The position numbers were made by a program, and so were the translations under genes. From a virus (Duplodnaviria > Caudoviricetes), in IMG/VR virus record IMGVR_UViG_3300032318_000487, positions 1 through 64,000 of that record: a stretch of DNA of 64,000 nucleotides; one strand, written 5' to 3'. This document shows positions 44,538-53,879 of this stretch, in pieces. Below the pieces are notes generated by a model. That model saw nothing but the letters and a program-made list of their open reading frames with translations. It did not search any database and was not told where the DNA came from. Position 1 is the stretch's first letter. Every line of letters begins with the position of its first letter.

Positions 44538-45434
44538 TCAATACTCCTCATACATCTTTTGAATTTCGTCATTCAGTTTTTTAACTCTATCATACTGATG
44601 AACAATTGCATATAGCTGATTGTGTACATTCTTTACATATGCACCGTCAATTACTGGCTGATAGTCATCAAACAGTTCAAGATACTTCATTGTGTCATTT
44701 TGATACTTTGCACCAATATCACCTGAACCTGATGTGACAGCATGAATCGACGTACCAAGATTGATTGCCCATGAGTCAGCACATGATAGCTTCAGTGTGT
44801 CGTCAGAATATGGTGGAAAGTTTAGAAGGAAGTTATAAACAGCCTGATCTACAATCGGAATAGGTCTGTTCACACTCATCTGAAAGATCATCATCATCAG
44901 ACCTTTCACATAATCAAAGTTACCTGCAACAACACCAACGTTGAAGATATACTTGTCCTTAATTAGATTGTGGAAGAATGGACCAAATGTATCATATAAG
45001 TTCTGATTGCTCCAGGGTTCATTCTGATACTTCATACCCTCAGAGCTTGCAACAAGAAGACTTGAAACAATGTTGCTTCTTAACCACTCTGAGGGATCAG
45101 TCTGAAACAGAACATCTCTAGTGTCTGTAGTGATTACGTTGTTGTACTTCTCTTTTGTGTTATTAAGAAACATCCAAAGATAAAAGAATCTCTCTACATG
45201 TGGTGCATTGTTTGTTGGAGATACAACGTCACCATTTTCGTTTTGCTTTCCATAGAGAGAAAGAATAACTCCTTCTTGCTGAAGCTTCTCGATAGTTTCT
45301 CTCTTGATGTTTGTTCCTACGACTGCAATGTCACCAGAGAATCCAGTCTTCTTCAAAGACTTTATCCAAATCTTGAGCTGATTCCAATCGTAGTTTGATG
45401 CAGCACCAATCACTAAGTCTTTATTACTCATCAT
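44538..45434 (-). CDS. Putative GT-A-like glycosyltransferase
   Basis: TTDTRDVLFQTDP, FNVGVVAG, DQAVYN, IVHQYDR. Confidence 0.6.
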   Translation of the reverse strand: MMSNKDLVIGAASNYDWNQLKIWIKSLKKTGFSGDIAVVGTNIKRETIEKLQQEGVILSLYGKQNENGDVVSPTNNAPHVERFFYLWMFLNNTKEKYNNVITTDTRDVLFQTDPSEWLRSNIVSSLLVASSEGMKYQNEPWSNQNLYDTFGPFFHNLIKDKYIFNVGVVAGNFDYVKGLMMMIFQMSVNRPIPIVDQAVYNFLLNFPPYSDDTLKLSCADSWAINLGTSIHAVTSGSGDIGAKYQNDTMKYLELFDDYQPVIDGAYVKNVHNQLYAIVHQYDRVKKLNDEIQKMYEEY

Positions 45435-45435
45435 A

Positions 45436-46095
45436 TTATACCTTCACGTAAAAGTCATCACACCTAGAGATTTCTGAAAACTTTCTCTGGTAGCCGTTAG
45501 CAACGAGAAGTCCAAAGAGTTTCTTTCTAATCACGGGAACATAATTGTGTTCTATAGTTATATATCTGATATCATACTGATCATTGTTTGACTTTAGAAA
45601 CTCATACAGAATGTCATACTCACTACCTTCAGTATCAATCGATAGATAGTCAATCACTTTTGGTGCATCATACTTCTTAAGAAGATCAAGCAGAGTGATA
45701 GTCTTTACCATGGTCACATCATTAGATGCATTTCTTTTGTGATTATGTTCGTCTTCTGTACCAAATCCCTTGATTGTCGATAGATCAGGTGCATTTGTGT
45801 TTAGAAACTCTACGTAAGTATCGGACTTAGTGTATACACAATCGGTTGAAATGTGACACTTCCTATTCTTTAATAGTGCTTCATGCCATGTAACGTTAGG
45901 TTCAGCTACGATACCATTCCACGAGTACTCTGTTTCAAGAAGATAGCTATTGTTGATTGTGATTCCATCTGTTGCACCAAAGTCAACAAAGTATCCACCT
46001 GTCTTCTTGTTTGTCTCATACAGAACCCATGCATCTTGCATATTCTGCGATACTGAATTGTTTAGTGTTGAATGAAATTTTAAAAAGTTTTCCAC
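45436..46095 (-). CDS. FkbM-family methyltransferase
   Basis: SQNMQD, FVDFGATDG...NS, EPN, YLSIDTEGSE. Confidence 0.9.
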   Translation of the reverse strand: MENFLKFHSTLNNSVSQNMQDAWVLYETNKKTGGYFVDFGATDGITINNSYLLETEYSWNGIVAEPNVTWHEALLKNRKCHISTDCVYTKSDTYVEFLNTNAPDLSTIKGFGTEDEHNHKRNASNDVTMVKTITLLDLLKKYDAPKVIDYLSIDTEGSEYDILYEFLKSNNDQYDIRYITIEHNYVPVIRKKLFGLLVANGYQRKFSEISRCDDFYVKV

Positions 46096-46814
46096 GGCAG
46101 CTTTCCATTATAAGTTACGTTTTGATTATTATTACCATTGATGAAGAATGATTCTTTGACTGAACCTTCGTTACCATCAAGTCTGTAACAAAGTGTATGC
46201 TTTCTTGATGAGTCGTGATTAGATCTATCTTTGATTAGAGAGAAAAATCTTCTATCACCACCCCAACCAAAATGCCAAAGATTACAAGTCTGAACAAGAA
46301 AATCTCTCTTGAATAGATACGAAGACGTATCAACAAGATACTCTTCTTTATTGTGCCAAATTGGCCACTTTCCTAAACTCTCACAGTTATCTTCGATAAG
46401 AAAATTGCCATCTGAATTGTGAATCTTTCTCATACTGTATGCAAAGTTTAAATTCTTTGACTCTATTGTAGAGACGAGACTTTCAATATGTTCTGGGTCA
46501 TACCAGTTGTCTTCATCTAGAAAGGCAACATACTCACTGTTGATCAGATGTGGATATGAAGCATAGATGCGATGGCCGTAGAAGCCATTTGCACCTGTGT
46601 TTTCTGGTGATACTGCTAGTTGAACTTTTGGATCTGGATTAGAAACTTCAACGTATTGAACAGCTTTGTTGAAATACTGTGGTCCATCAACAACGATAAG
46701 ATGTTTGATGCTTTTGTATGTCTGATTACGTACACCTTCCATTGCATCTCTAAGTTTATGAGAGCCAATAGTTGGTGTGATCACTGTAACAGACTTTTCA
46801 ATTCTTAGCTTCAT
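46080..46814 (-). CDS. Glycosyltransferase family 2
   Basis: VITPT, IVVDG, YVAFLDEDNW DxD motif. Confidence 0.88.
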   Translation of the reverse strand: MKLRIEKSVTVITPTIGSHKLRDAMEGVRNQTYKSIKHLIVVDGPQYFNKAVQYVEVSNPDPKVQLAVSPENTGANGFYGHRIYASYPHLINSEYVAFLDEDNWYDPEHIESLVSTIESKNLNFAYSMRKIHNSDGNFLIEDNCESLGKWPIWHNKEEYLVDTSSYLFKRDFLVQTCNLWHFGWGGDRRFFSLIKDRSNHDSSRKHTLCYRLDGNEGSVKESFFINGNNNQNVTYNGKLPWKTF

Positions 46815-46844
46815 AATAACTCCACATGATCATATAGAAAGAAA

Positions 46845-46866
46845 GGGAATTTTCATCCCCTTTCTG
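46845..46866 (-). terminator. Probable terminator after the hsp20/DUF1127 operon
   Basis: GAAAGGG...CCCTTTC inverted repeat. Confidence 0.5.
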
Positions 46867-46870
46867 AGTG

Positions 46871-47041
46871 TTATTGTTTTATCTTTCTAGACGCTTCTTT
46901 AGTAACATGATATATCTCACCGCGAGTGATACCTAAATCTTTCAAGTCTTTGTTTGATAAGTTCTGAAGTTCTTTGGTAGCCCGCTTTCTATAACGAAAT
47001 CTTTCGAAGCAATATGAAATTTCTTCAATTAAGATTGTCAT
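46871..47041 (-). CDS. DUF1127 (YjiS-like) small protein, 56 aa
   Basis: Manual translation ...RYRKRATKELQNLSNKDLKDLGITRGEI... Not in ORF track. Confidence 0.85.
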   Translation of the reverse strand: MTILIEEISYCFERFRYRKRATKELQNLSNKDLKDLGITRGEIYHVTKEASRKIKQ

Positions 47042-47044
47042 AGT

Positions 47045-47530
47045 TTACTTCTGGTATTTTTCCGTTAAGAATTGCTTTGTAGCATTTTCTTTTGAGCCTT
47101 CATTGATATTAATCTTACGTGCTTTCTTCTCTTCTGGAATGAAACGCTCAAGCCAAATCTTCAGCATACCATTAATAAGATCAGCGTTCTTTACTTCAAT
47201 ACTCTCGGATAGAGTAAAGTTTCTAGTAAACGCACGATCTGCAATACCCTTGAAGATGTAGTCTGTTGCGTCTTTTGATTCAAGATTACCCTTGACAGAG
47301 AGAACACCATCGATAAGTTCGATCTCGATGTCTTGCTGACCAAAACCAGCGACAGCGATTTCAATCACATACTTGTTGTCGTCAACCTTACGAATGTTAT
47401 AAGGTGGATAAGTTGGAATCTTCGGAAGATATTCAGTTACTCCGTTAAGCTTCTTAATCATTTCATCGAAACCGATGGTTGAAGATGTAAGCTTTCCGAA
47501 GTCTCGGAATGAAGAGAATGGATCGTTCAT
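47045..47530 (-). CDS. hsp20: Small heat-shock protein Hsp20 (IbpA-like)
   Basis: YPPYNI, IEIAVAGF, KGIADRAFTRNF, NGML.I.L. Confidence 0.95.
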   Translation of the reverse strand: MNDPFSSFRDFGKLTSSTIGFDEMIKKLNGVTEYLPKIPTYPPYNIRKVDDNKYVIEIAVAGFGQQDIEIELIDGVLSVKGNLESKDATDYIFKGIADRAFTRNFTLSESIEVKNADLINGMLKIWLERFIPEEKKARKININEGSKENATKQFLTEKYQK

Positions 47531-47536
47531 TTTGTT

Positions 47537-47553
47537 ACTCCTATGTAGCGAGT
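47537..47553 (-). promoter_or_regulatory. ROSE-like RNA thermometer hairpin over the hsp20 Shine-Dalgarno
   Basis: ACUC[G]CU-ACAU-AGGAGU: UCGCU motif with a bulged G paired against AGGAG. Confidence 0.65.
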
Positions 47554-47557
47554 TTCA

Positions 47558-47623
47558 ATATACTTGTGGTCCCTATTAAGCTGACCACAAGTATATATTA
47601 GTTGATAAATCTGTCTTTGTCAA
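47558..47623 (-). promoter_or_regulatory. hsp20 promoter (TTGACA-17-TAATAT) and 14-bp leader hairpin
   Basis: ATATACTTGTGGTC/GACCACAAGTATAT inverted repeat; promoter at 47595-47623. Confidence 0.7.
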
Positions 47624-47907
47624 CCGTCAAATACATCTGGTGAACCAGCGGCAACGGCAGTACATCCTGAAATGCTATCGCCTATTCTACCAACACCTAA
47701 AGAGTTTGCAAAGCTGGTTGTAGAACCTACTGCGATTGGTGCATTGTGTATTGGACAAGGACTTCCAGGTAAAAGATGAGATGTATTTACATCAGTGCGT
47801 CTACTAACACCTAAACCATTAATAAAAACATCTGATGACTTGCCTAATCTGGTCATACCAGAACAATGTGCAACATCTGCGTCAGTAAATCTAGTTACGG
47901 CTGGCAT
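47620..47907 (-). CDS. PAAR-domain spike tip (gp5.4-like)
   Basis: MPAVTR..D...HC, SSDVFING, H....CP.H, GVGRIGD..SGC. Confidence 0.9.
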   Translation of the reverse strand: MPAVTRFTDADVAHCSGMTRLGKSSDVFINGLGVSRRTDVNTSHLLPGSPCPIHNAPIAVGSTTSFANSLGVGRIGDSISGCTAVAAGSPDVFDG

Positions 47908-48103
47908 AGTTCTTTTCTCTGGTTAAAAGTTCTCTGAGCTTAGGTACAAAACTATCAATAAAATCATGCTGTTCTTTTGTATGAGGAGGTTCAGGATATT
48001 CAGGCAAGAACTCAATGACATTATCAAAAGTCTCAGGAATGTCTTCATAGTTCTCGAAGACGTGTATTTTCTTACCTATTCTAATAGTAAACTTACCTCT
48101 CAT
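47891..48103 (-). CDS. Conserved T4-like hypothetical protein next to PAAR
   Basis: YEDIPETFDNVIEFLPEYPEPPHT.EQH. Confidence 0.7.
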   Translation of the reverse strand: MRGKFTIRIGKKIHVFENYEDIPETFDNVIEFLPEYPEPPHTKEQHDFIDSFVPKLRELLTREKNYASRN

Positions 48104-48408
48104 TTCTTACCTCTGTAACCAGAAGTTAGAATCTTAGGATTTAGATCGATACGCAGAGACTGTTGTTCGATGTGTTCAGAAGAGCCCATATAGATTTTAC
48201 CATCAACATCAAGATCGAATGATTCAGAGGCGTGCATCTTAATCTTCTTGGCATCAAACTCAATAGTGTCATTCTGGAAACACAACTTGTTCTGTCCAGA
48301 AACAATGACGTTATTGTCCTTATCGATATTGATTGTTACTCCGCCATCAACTTCAATAAGACAGGGTTTCGAAACTACAAGATATTCGTAGTCAAGTTTC
48401 TTAAGCAT
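48100..48408 (-). CDS. Hypothetical beta-strand-repeat protein
   Basis: ORF track; gp5-C-like alternating pattern; ends RIDLNP. Confidence 0.5.
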   Translation of the reverse strand: MLKKLDYEYLVVSKPCLIEVDGGVTINIDKDNNVIVSGQNKLCFQNDTIEFDAKKIKMHASESFDLDVDGKIYMGSSEHIEQQSLRIDLNPKILTSGYRGKK

Positions 48409-48992
48409 TATGAACTCACTTTCTTAGGTCTTCCTGATCTTCGCTTTACTGGTTGTTCATCTGATTGAGTAACAACGTCTAAGATTGTGGCGATTCCAGT
48501 TGAACCTAGTCCACCGACTCGATCAGTCTTTTGTGTTGGTGCGATGATTGTTTCAGAGACCACATACTTAAGTTGAAGAATAAGTTCAGCTTGTGCAATA
48601 CGATCACCTGGCTTAATTGTTTGATGATTCTCACTTAAGTTTGTTAACAACACGAATGTCTCTTGAACATAATCTGAGTCAATAACAGCTTCAAGATTTG
48701 CCAGCACTAGACCCTGCTTATATGATAGACCAGATCGTGGATGAATACGAACAGAGTAACCTTCTGGAATATCAAAGATCAATCCTGTAGGAACCATAAC
48801 ACGATCACCTGGCATGATCATAATATTACCAGAGTTTAGCGGTCGAGTGAAAGGTGCATTGTAACCATTATAACCAGAGTACTGATGCTTACCATGAGGT
48901 TGAAATGCCAAATCAAAACATGCTGCCTGTTCAGTACCAAACTTTGGCAAAATAACTTCAGGATGTGTCTTATAAATCTTCAATTCTAACAT
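48408..48992 (-). CDS. dut: Trimeric dUTPase
   Basis: ACFDL, VPTG, PRSGL, VIDSDY, GDRIAQ, RVGGLGSTG. Confidence 0.95.
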   Translation of the reverse strand: MLELKIYKTHPEVILPKFGTEQAACFDLAFQPHGKHQYSGYNGYNAPFTRPLNSGNIMIMPGDRVMVPTGLIFDIPEGYSVRIHPRSGLSYKQGLVLANLEAVIDSDYVQETFVLLTNLSENHQTIKPGDRIAQAELILQLKYVVSETIIAPTQKTDRVGGLGSTGIATILDVVTQSDEQPVKRRSGRPKKVSS

Positions 48993-49007
48993 AATGTATC
49001 TCCGTAA

Positions 49008-50327
49008 TTATCTAGAAACTTCTTCCCAATCTATTGTGACAAGTGCATCATCACCTGCTACGGCTGTAGCCATAGTTACAGTAACAGGATAAGACGTGTG
49101 TGTCAACCCATTTCTTTCAAGCTGAAACTTAAATAGTGCTTCCTTAAGAATATCTGTAGCTACAGATGCCTGTGTTGATGATGTTACGTATCCAGAAGCA
49201 AGAGTTCTACCGCCTGTTGCAGTATTTGCAGTCAGATCATACTCGACTGAAGAGTTTGTATCCGCTGAAGTCCATGTCGTATTAGCTAGAGTTGGATTAG
49301 CAATAACTTTCCATTTCGCTCTGGCATTATTACCCACACATAAAATAGACAGAGCCGTTATGATAACGATAGCATCTTGTCTGGCCTGCTTCAATCTTAT
49401 TGAAACTATAGGAACATCTACACCTGGTGTACCACCCATATCTTTAGGTGATTGAACAGGTGTACCAACAGACTGTTGCGACCCTCTAAGTTCATATCCA
49501 CCTTCAGTTATAACAGAAGAGCAAATTTGCTTCAGCATACTGTTGCTCGTTGTTATACCCGTATTGAATATCTCATATCTTAAAGGTAGAGAGGCGGTCT
49601 GAATGTATGTAGATGTTATGTAGTTGGCATGGTGAAATGAATGGCAGTGTATGAATTGACCGTCGATGACAAATCCACATCTTACTGTGCCTAGACCAAG
49701 CCATTCGATATCTGTCCATAAAATCTGAGCCTTACTCATATCCAAAGTTCTCTGAGAAGGACTACCTGCCGTAGCACCTAATAGAGTATCATAGTTCCAG
49801 TCTGCTTGATTGACTCTTGTTTCAAGAACACTACCACTGACAATTGATCTTTCAACAAACGAGATCGTGTTACCTGTTTGCTCAAGATAGATACCATTGT
49901 TTGCGCCGAAGTATCCAACTCTCTGTGTTAGATTGGCTTTGGCTGGTTCCATAACAAAAGTGTTGAGTACAAGAAGAGACTTACCAGGTTGATAAGAGAA
50001 AACTTTTGTCGTCTCACGAACAATGTTTGCACTGTTTGCTGTTGTGATAGCAAGATTGACCAAACCTTCGTTCGGCGAGAAAGTGACTGTGCTATTTCCA
50101 GCAGCACTATTCGCGGTATCCCAAAGACCATTATCTGCATATCTATGTGAAGAATCGAATAAGGTAAGAGGAGTAGAAACTCTTGATCTACCGAAAGCAT
50201 CAATTGCAACACCAGTAGGATTAGCAGGACCAACTTGATTGCCATATTGATCTGCCAACATGACGACTTCAAAAAGAGTTTTCTCTTGCGGTAGATATTG
50301 ATGCGAATCGATTCTAAACTGTGCCAT
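49008..50327 (-). CDS. Conserved T4-like/cyanophage beta-rich protein (probable virion component)
   Basis: DAFGRSRVSTPLTLFDS, YQPGKS, DIEWLGLGTVRCGF, QICSSVITEGG. Confidence 0.65.
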   Translation of the reverse strand: MAQFRIDSHQYLPQEKTLFEVVMLADQYGNQVGPANPTGVAIDAFGRSRVSTPLTLFDSSHRYADNGLWDTANSAAGNSTVTFSPNEGLVNLAITTANSANIVRETTKVFSYQPGKSLLVLNTFVMEPAKANLTQRVGYFGANNGIYLEQTGNTISFVERSIVSGSVLETRVNQADWNYDTLLGATAGSPSQRTLDMSKAQILWTDIEWLGLGTVRCGFVIDGQFIHCHSFHHANYITSTYIQTASLPLRYEIFNTGITTSNSMLKQICSSVITEGGYELRGSQQSVGTPVQSPKDMGGTPGVDVPIVSIRLKQARQDAIVIITALSILCVGNNARAKWKVIANPTLANTTWTSADTNSSVEYDLTANTATGGRTLASGYVTSSTQASVATDILKEALFKFQLERNGLTHTSYPVTVTMATAVAGDDALVTIDWEEVSR

Positions 50328-50731
50328 TAGTCTTCTCTTCTTTTCTTGCCTATCGAGTATTTAGTGACAAGATTCCAATTATTCTTTTCTTTATGAGGAA
50401 TAATCTTGATTTGGCTCAGATTTGAATTGGGGTAGTCTGTCTTCTTAGGATCAACTAGATCGATGAGTTCCCATTCACATAAAAGATTAGCAATTGTGTT
50501 TAGTCTAATCTTGTCTGACTCATCAAAGTTTGAACTCTTACCATCAAGAAGAAACATCTGTTTAAAGTGTACGATGTAGTATTTACTCTGTTTATGAAGA
50601 ATGTGACAAGACTGGTAAAGTGTCTTGTCTTTCTTAGATGCGATTCCAATTCTTGATAGTGTTTCTCTAACCTTTAAAAAGTCGTCAGAGTTACGAAGTG
50701 TTACTTCTACTAGTTCCTCTAGTTTTATCAT
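50327..50731 (-). CDS. regA: Translational repressor RegA
   Basis: DDFLKVRETLSRIGIAS, LYQSCHILHKQ..YYIVHFK. Confidence 0.96.
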   Translation of the reverse strand: MIKLEELVEVTLRNSDDFLKVRETLSRIGIASKKDKTLYQSCHILHKQSKYYIVHFKQMFLLDGKSSNFDESDKIRLNTIANLLCEWELIDLVDPKKTDYPNSNLSQIKIIPHKEKNNWNLVTKYSIGKKRRED

Positions 50732-51113
50732 TACTTAAACCACCTTTGTTCAAATGTTTTTTAATCTCGTCAATTTGGTCTTTTGTCAAAATACTCAATG
50801 CTTCTCTAGCCTTTTCAGTTGAGAAGTTATAGAACTCTTTAACATATTCCAAATCTTCGATGGATTCTTGTTTGATCCACTTTTGAAATGGTCTCTTGTA
50901 TCCACGAATAGTATTTATCAAAAAGTGATATTGTAGAAGTTTATCTGTGTTTGGTAGTCTATTCATCTCATTAGCAAACAAGACGCAATCCTTGTGAAAG
51001 GAAAGCGCCCTGTTAACGACGTATGGAACATACTCTTTCTCGTTTTCTTCGAAGATAGTATGTTTCTTTGTTTGTAGAATTGATGGTACAACTTCTTTGA
51101 ATAGATCGGTCAT
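50691..51113 (-). CDS. 62: Clamp loader small subunit (gp62)
   Basis: YVPYVVNRALS, ANEMN, QYHFLINTIR; position after gene 44. Confidence 0.93.
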   Translation of the reverse strand: MTDLFKEVVPSILQTKKHTIFEENEKEYVPYVVNRALSFHKDCVLFANEMNRLPNTDKLLQYHFLINTIRGYKRPFQKWIKQESIEDLEYVKEFYNFSTEKAREALSILTKDQIDEIKKHLNKGGLSNDKTRGTSRSNTS

Positions 51114-52045
51114 GTCATCTCACAGTCAATCATGATTTCAGTCAAACATGCCACAAGGTTGATCTCTTGATCAGCAACGAAGGCACTTTGATACTGATAC
51201 TTAGAGATGATCAAAACTGCTTGTGGTATGCTATCTGGCTTGAAGTACTCATATAGTGAATCATATATCTTACGATAGATGCGAGATGGGTCAGCATCAG
51301 AGTTTGCAACAACCCACTTTCTCATTTCACTGAAGTTCTTATCTTTTAGATGAGAGACAAGTTCATTAATCTTTCTGATATCTGAAATCTGTGCAAGAGT
51401 ACCTGCATTGATAGAACCAGAAGATGCATATCGCTGAAGTTCATTCAGCGTTCTACGATAGTCAGGAAAGTGCTTCTCAACAATCTTGATTAGAACTTGC
51501 TTATCGTACTCGATAGATTCTTTGTTTAGAATTACAGACAATCGACTAAACAACTGTGCTGCCATTCTTGGCTTCTCTTCAGTCTTCAATGAGAAGTCAA
51601 TAACTGAACAGCGAGAGTGTAGTGCTTCAATCAATCTGGACTTGAAGTTACAAGTGAAGATGAATGTACAATTATCTGAAAACTCTTCGATTGCACCTCG
51701 AAGACCAGCCTGAGCTTCTGGTGTAAGATAGTCTGCCTCATCTAGAATGATAACTTTTCTACCACCAGTTAGAGAGATGGTAGATGCATATGACTTGATC
51801 TTAGTTCGAAGCACGTCAATGCCACGTTCTTCAGATGAGTTGATGAACAAATGATTTACACCAATCTCATCACACATAGCCATAGCAACTGTTGTCTTGC
51901 CGACACCAGCACTGCCAGTCAACATAAGATTTGGAATGTTCTTAGTGTCTACATATTGCTGAAAGACCGCTTTGATGCGGTCTGGTAGAATACATTCAGC
52001 AACAGTCTTTGGACGATACTTTTGTGACCATAAAAAATCAGTCAT
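51110..52045 (-). CDS. 44: Clamp loader large subunit (gp44)
   Basis: W.QKYRP, GSAGVGKTT, ILDEAD, SRC. Confidence 0.96.
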   Translation of the reverse strand: MTDFLWSQKYRPKTVAECILPDRIKAVFQQYVDTKNIPNLMLTGSAGVGKTTVAMAMCDEIGVNHLFINSSEERGIDVLRTKIKSYASTISLTGGRKVIILDEADYLTPEAQAGLRGAIEEFSDNCTFIFTCNFKSRLIEALHSRCSVIDFSLKTEEKPRMAAQLFSRLSVILNKESIEYDKQVLIKIVEKHFPDYRRTLNELQRYASSGSINAGTLAQISDIRKINELVSHLKDKNFSEMRKWVVANSDADPSRIYRKIYDSLYEYFKPDSIPQAVLIISKYQYQSAFVADQEINLVACLTEIMIDCEMT

Positions 52046-52242
52046 TCAATTTCCTTCAGCTTTTTCATCAAGACAGTCTTAGTCGCTTCAGGTCCAATAG
52101 TATTAACGAAGATGTTACATGCCGTAACATACATGATTGAAGCCAACTCGACCAGCTCAGTTTGATTATCACACAACATGATCTGTTCGTCAATTGGCTT
52201 CATCAGCTCTTTCATTCTTTTTATTTTGTGTTCACTCATCAC
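52042..52242 (-). CDS. Hypothetical protein
   Basis: ORF track. Confidence 0.55.
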   Translation of the reverse strand: MMSEHKIKRMKELMKPIDEQIMLCDNQTELVELASIMYVTACNIFVNTIGPEATKTVLMKKLKEIE

Positions 52243-52538
52243 TGAGCTGTTTGCTTGATGACCGTATCGTAGAACTCTTCAAAGTTCTTGTTTTCTTCAA
52301 CCTCATCACCGAAGTTTGCCTTATAGTAAGCCTTTGACATGCGTCGAACCATCTTCTTTTCGACACCCAGATCGTCAAAGACTTTGTTGATTGCTTCCTT
52401 CTGAAGCTCACGTTCAGCAGCAACACGAGTCATGGAATCATTAAGTTCCATAATAGCACGCTTTAGCTTCTTTCGATCTTCAGTTGAAAGAGAATTTACA
52501 GATACGAAAGGCTTGTTGTGTCCGATACCAGCCATCAC
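52239..52538 (-). CDS. dsDNA-binding protein (T4 DsbA/GapR-like)
   Basis: GIGHN N-terminus; ERELQKEAI...LGVEKKMVRRM...EEFYDTV. Confidence 0.65.
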   Translation of the reverse strand: MMAGIGHNKPFVSVNSLSTEDRKKLKRAIMELNDSMTRVAAERELQKEAINKVFDDLGVEKKMVRRMSKAYYKANFGDEVEENKNFEEFYDTVIKQTAQ

Positions 52539-53188
52539 TTCTTCTCCATAGCAATGTAGTAAGTTAGATTACCGCTCTTGTTAGACCACTTAGAGAAACC
52601 ACCGATTGCGATTTCAACATTGTAATCGTCTGGAATGAGACGTAGATTTTCAGTCTTGAATGAGATAGAGAAGTCTGCACCAACATACTCATCTATCGAC
52701 GTTGATACAAAGTTTGACGTATCATTCTTAGCTTCATGTGCTTGAAGCTTAATCTCACCATTCTTGCCAATAACAGAAAGATTGGGCAGATTGTTCATCG
52801 AGGCAAGACGAAGAATCTTAGTCAAAGTTGCATTGCTGATGTTAAATGCAACATCGATCTTAGGAAGAACAAGTTCTTTGTTTGGTGGTGAGATAATAAG
52901 TGAAGGAGAACATGAGTAATAGTTAAGACTCATATCACCAGAACTCATCACAACACGATCATTCGAAAACGATAGATCTGGATTACCAAGTGTTGTTACG
53001 TTACCCAAAAACTGATTTAGATCATAGATGCCAAAAACATTAGGTAGTTCATCTTCTAGCTTTGCTTCAACAAGAATAGTCTGTTCAGGAGACATGGTCT
53101 TCTGTGTCTTACCAGGCTGTAAGACAAGTCCAGAATTGATTGACGAAAAGTTCTTCATCACCTGAAGTGTACGATCATTAAGCTTCAT
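52535..53188 (-). CDS. 45: Sliding clamp (gp45)
   Basis: MKNFSSIN, FGIYDLNQFL, FK.ENL..IPDDY.V, YYIAME. Confidence 0.95.
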   Translation of the reverse strand: MKLNDRTLQVMKNFSSINSGLVLQPGKTQKTMSPEQTILVEAKLEDELPNVFGIYDLNQFLGNVTTLGNPDLSFSNDRVVMSSGDMSLNYYSCSPSLIISPPNKELVLPKIDVAFNISNATLTKILRLASMNNLPNLSVIGKNGEIKLQAHEAKNDTSNFVSTSIDEYVGADFSISFKTENLRLIPDDYNVEIAIGGFSKWSNKSGNLTYYIAMEKK

Positions 53189-53204
53189 AATATACTCCTC
53201 GTTA

Positions 53205-53879
53205 TCAAGCTACATCATTCATTGTAGTGGGTCCTGTAAAGACACGCAACATGTGTTTTACATCCGCTTCTAACATGCTCATAGTTCCGTTGTTACTGAT
53301 CAAGTAGTCAAATTGCTTACCAATCCATGCCCATTCTGAAATGTGAACACCTAACTTAACCATTTCATCATGAGCCTCAGGTGCATGAAGAAATGTTTCA
53401 TTATTAGCTGCATGAGCCATATCATACCACTCGGGTTCATGTCCACGAACAACACGAACGATCATTCCACCCCAACTACGAATTGCTTCTATCTCGTTGG
53501 GAAATCGAACATCAGGAATTACAAAGTTATCTTCGAGCATCCATTCTTGTGCATACTTTATCTTTTTTTCGACTGCATGAACCCATATGTCATCATGAAA
53601 AACATTTCTTCCTGCTTCAGTTCCCATTAGCTGCAATGCAAGACGGGGTGTGAAGTCACGACCAAACTTGTTGCTCCAGAAACTATCTTCAATCTCACGA
53701 AACTGGCGTGACTCGTTTGTATCACCTTCAAGAAGGTGTCTCGGCCATCCAAAGATAGCCGAGACTGCATCCTTCACTGTATCTGCAAATGACAACTTGT
53801 AGAAATCATGTTGATCTACAAGGACATCACTGACTGTACCCTTACCAGAGCCAGCAAAACCAACGATTCCGATCAGCAT
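53205..53879 (-). CDS. 1: Deoxynucleoside monophosphate kinase (gp1)
   Basis: GFAGSGKGT, SFAD.VK, TPRLALQLMGTEAGR, DVRFPNE. Confidence 0.92.
   Translation of the reverse strand: MLIGIVGFAGSGKGTVSDVLVDQHDFYKLSFADTVKDAVSAIFGWPRHLLEGDTNESRQFREIEDSFWSNKFGRDFTPRLALQLMGTEAGRNVFHDDIWVHAVEKKIKYAQEWMLEDNFVIPDVRFPNEIEAIRSWGGMIVRVVRGHEPEWYDMAHAANNETFLHAPEAHDEMVKLGVHISEWAWIGKQFDYLISNNGTMSMLEADVKHMLRVFTGPTTMNDVA

Noticed and set aside
51108-51122. ATGACATGAC micro-duplication at the gene 44/62 junction
   Set aside because: This is an ordinary ATGA stop/start overlap and is too short to be meaningful.
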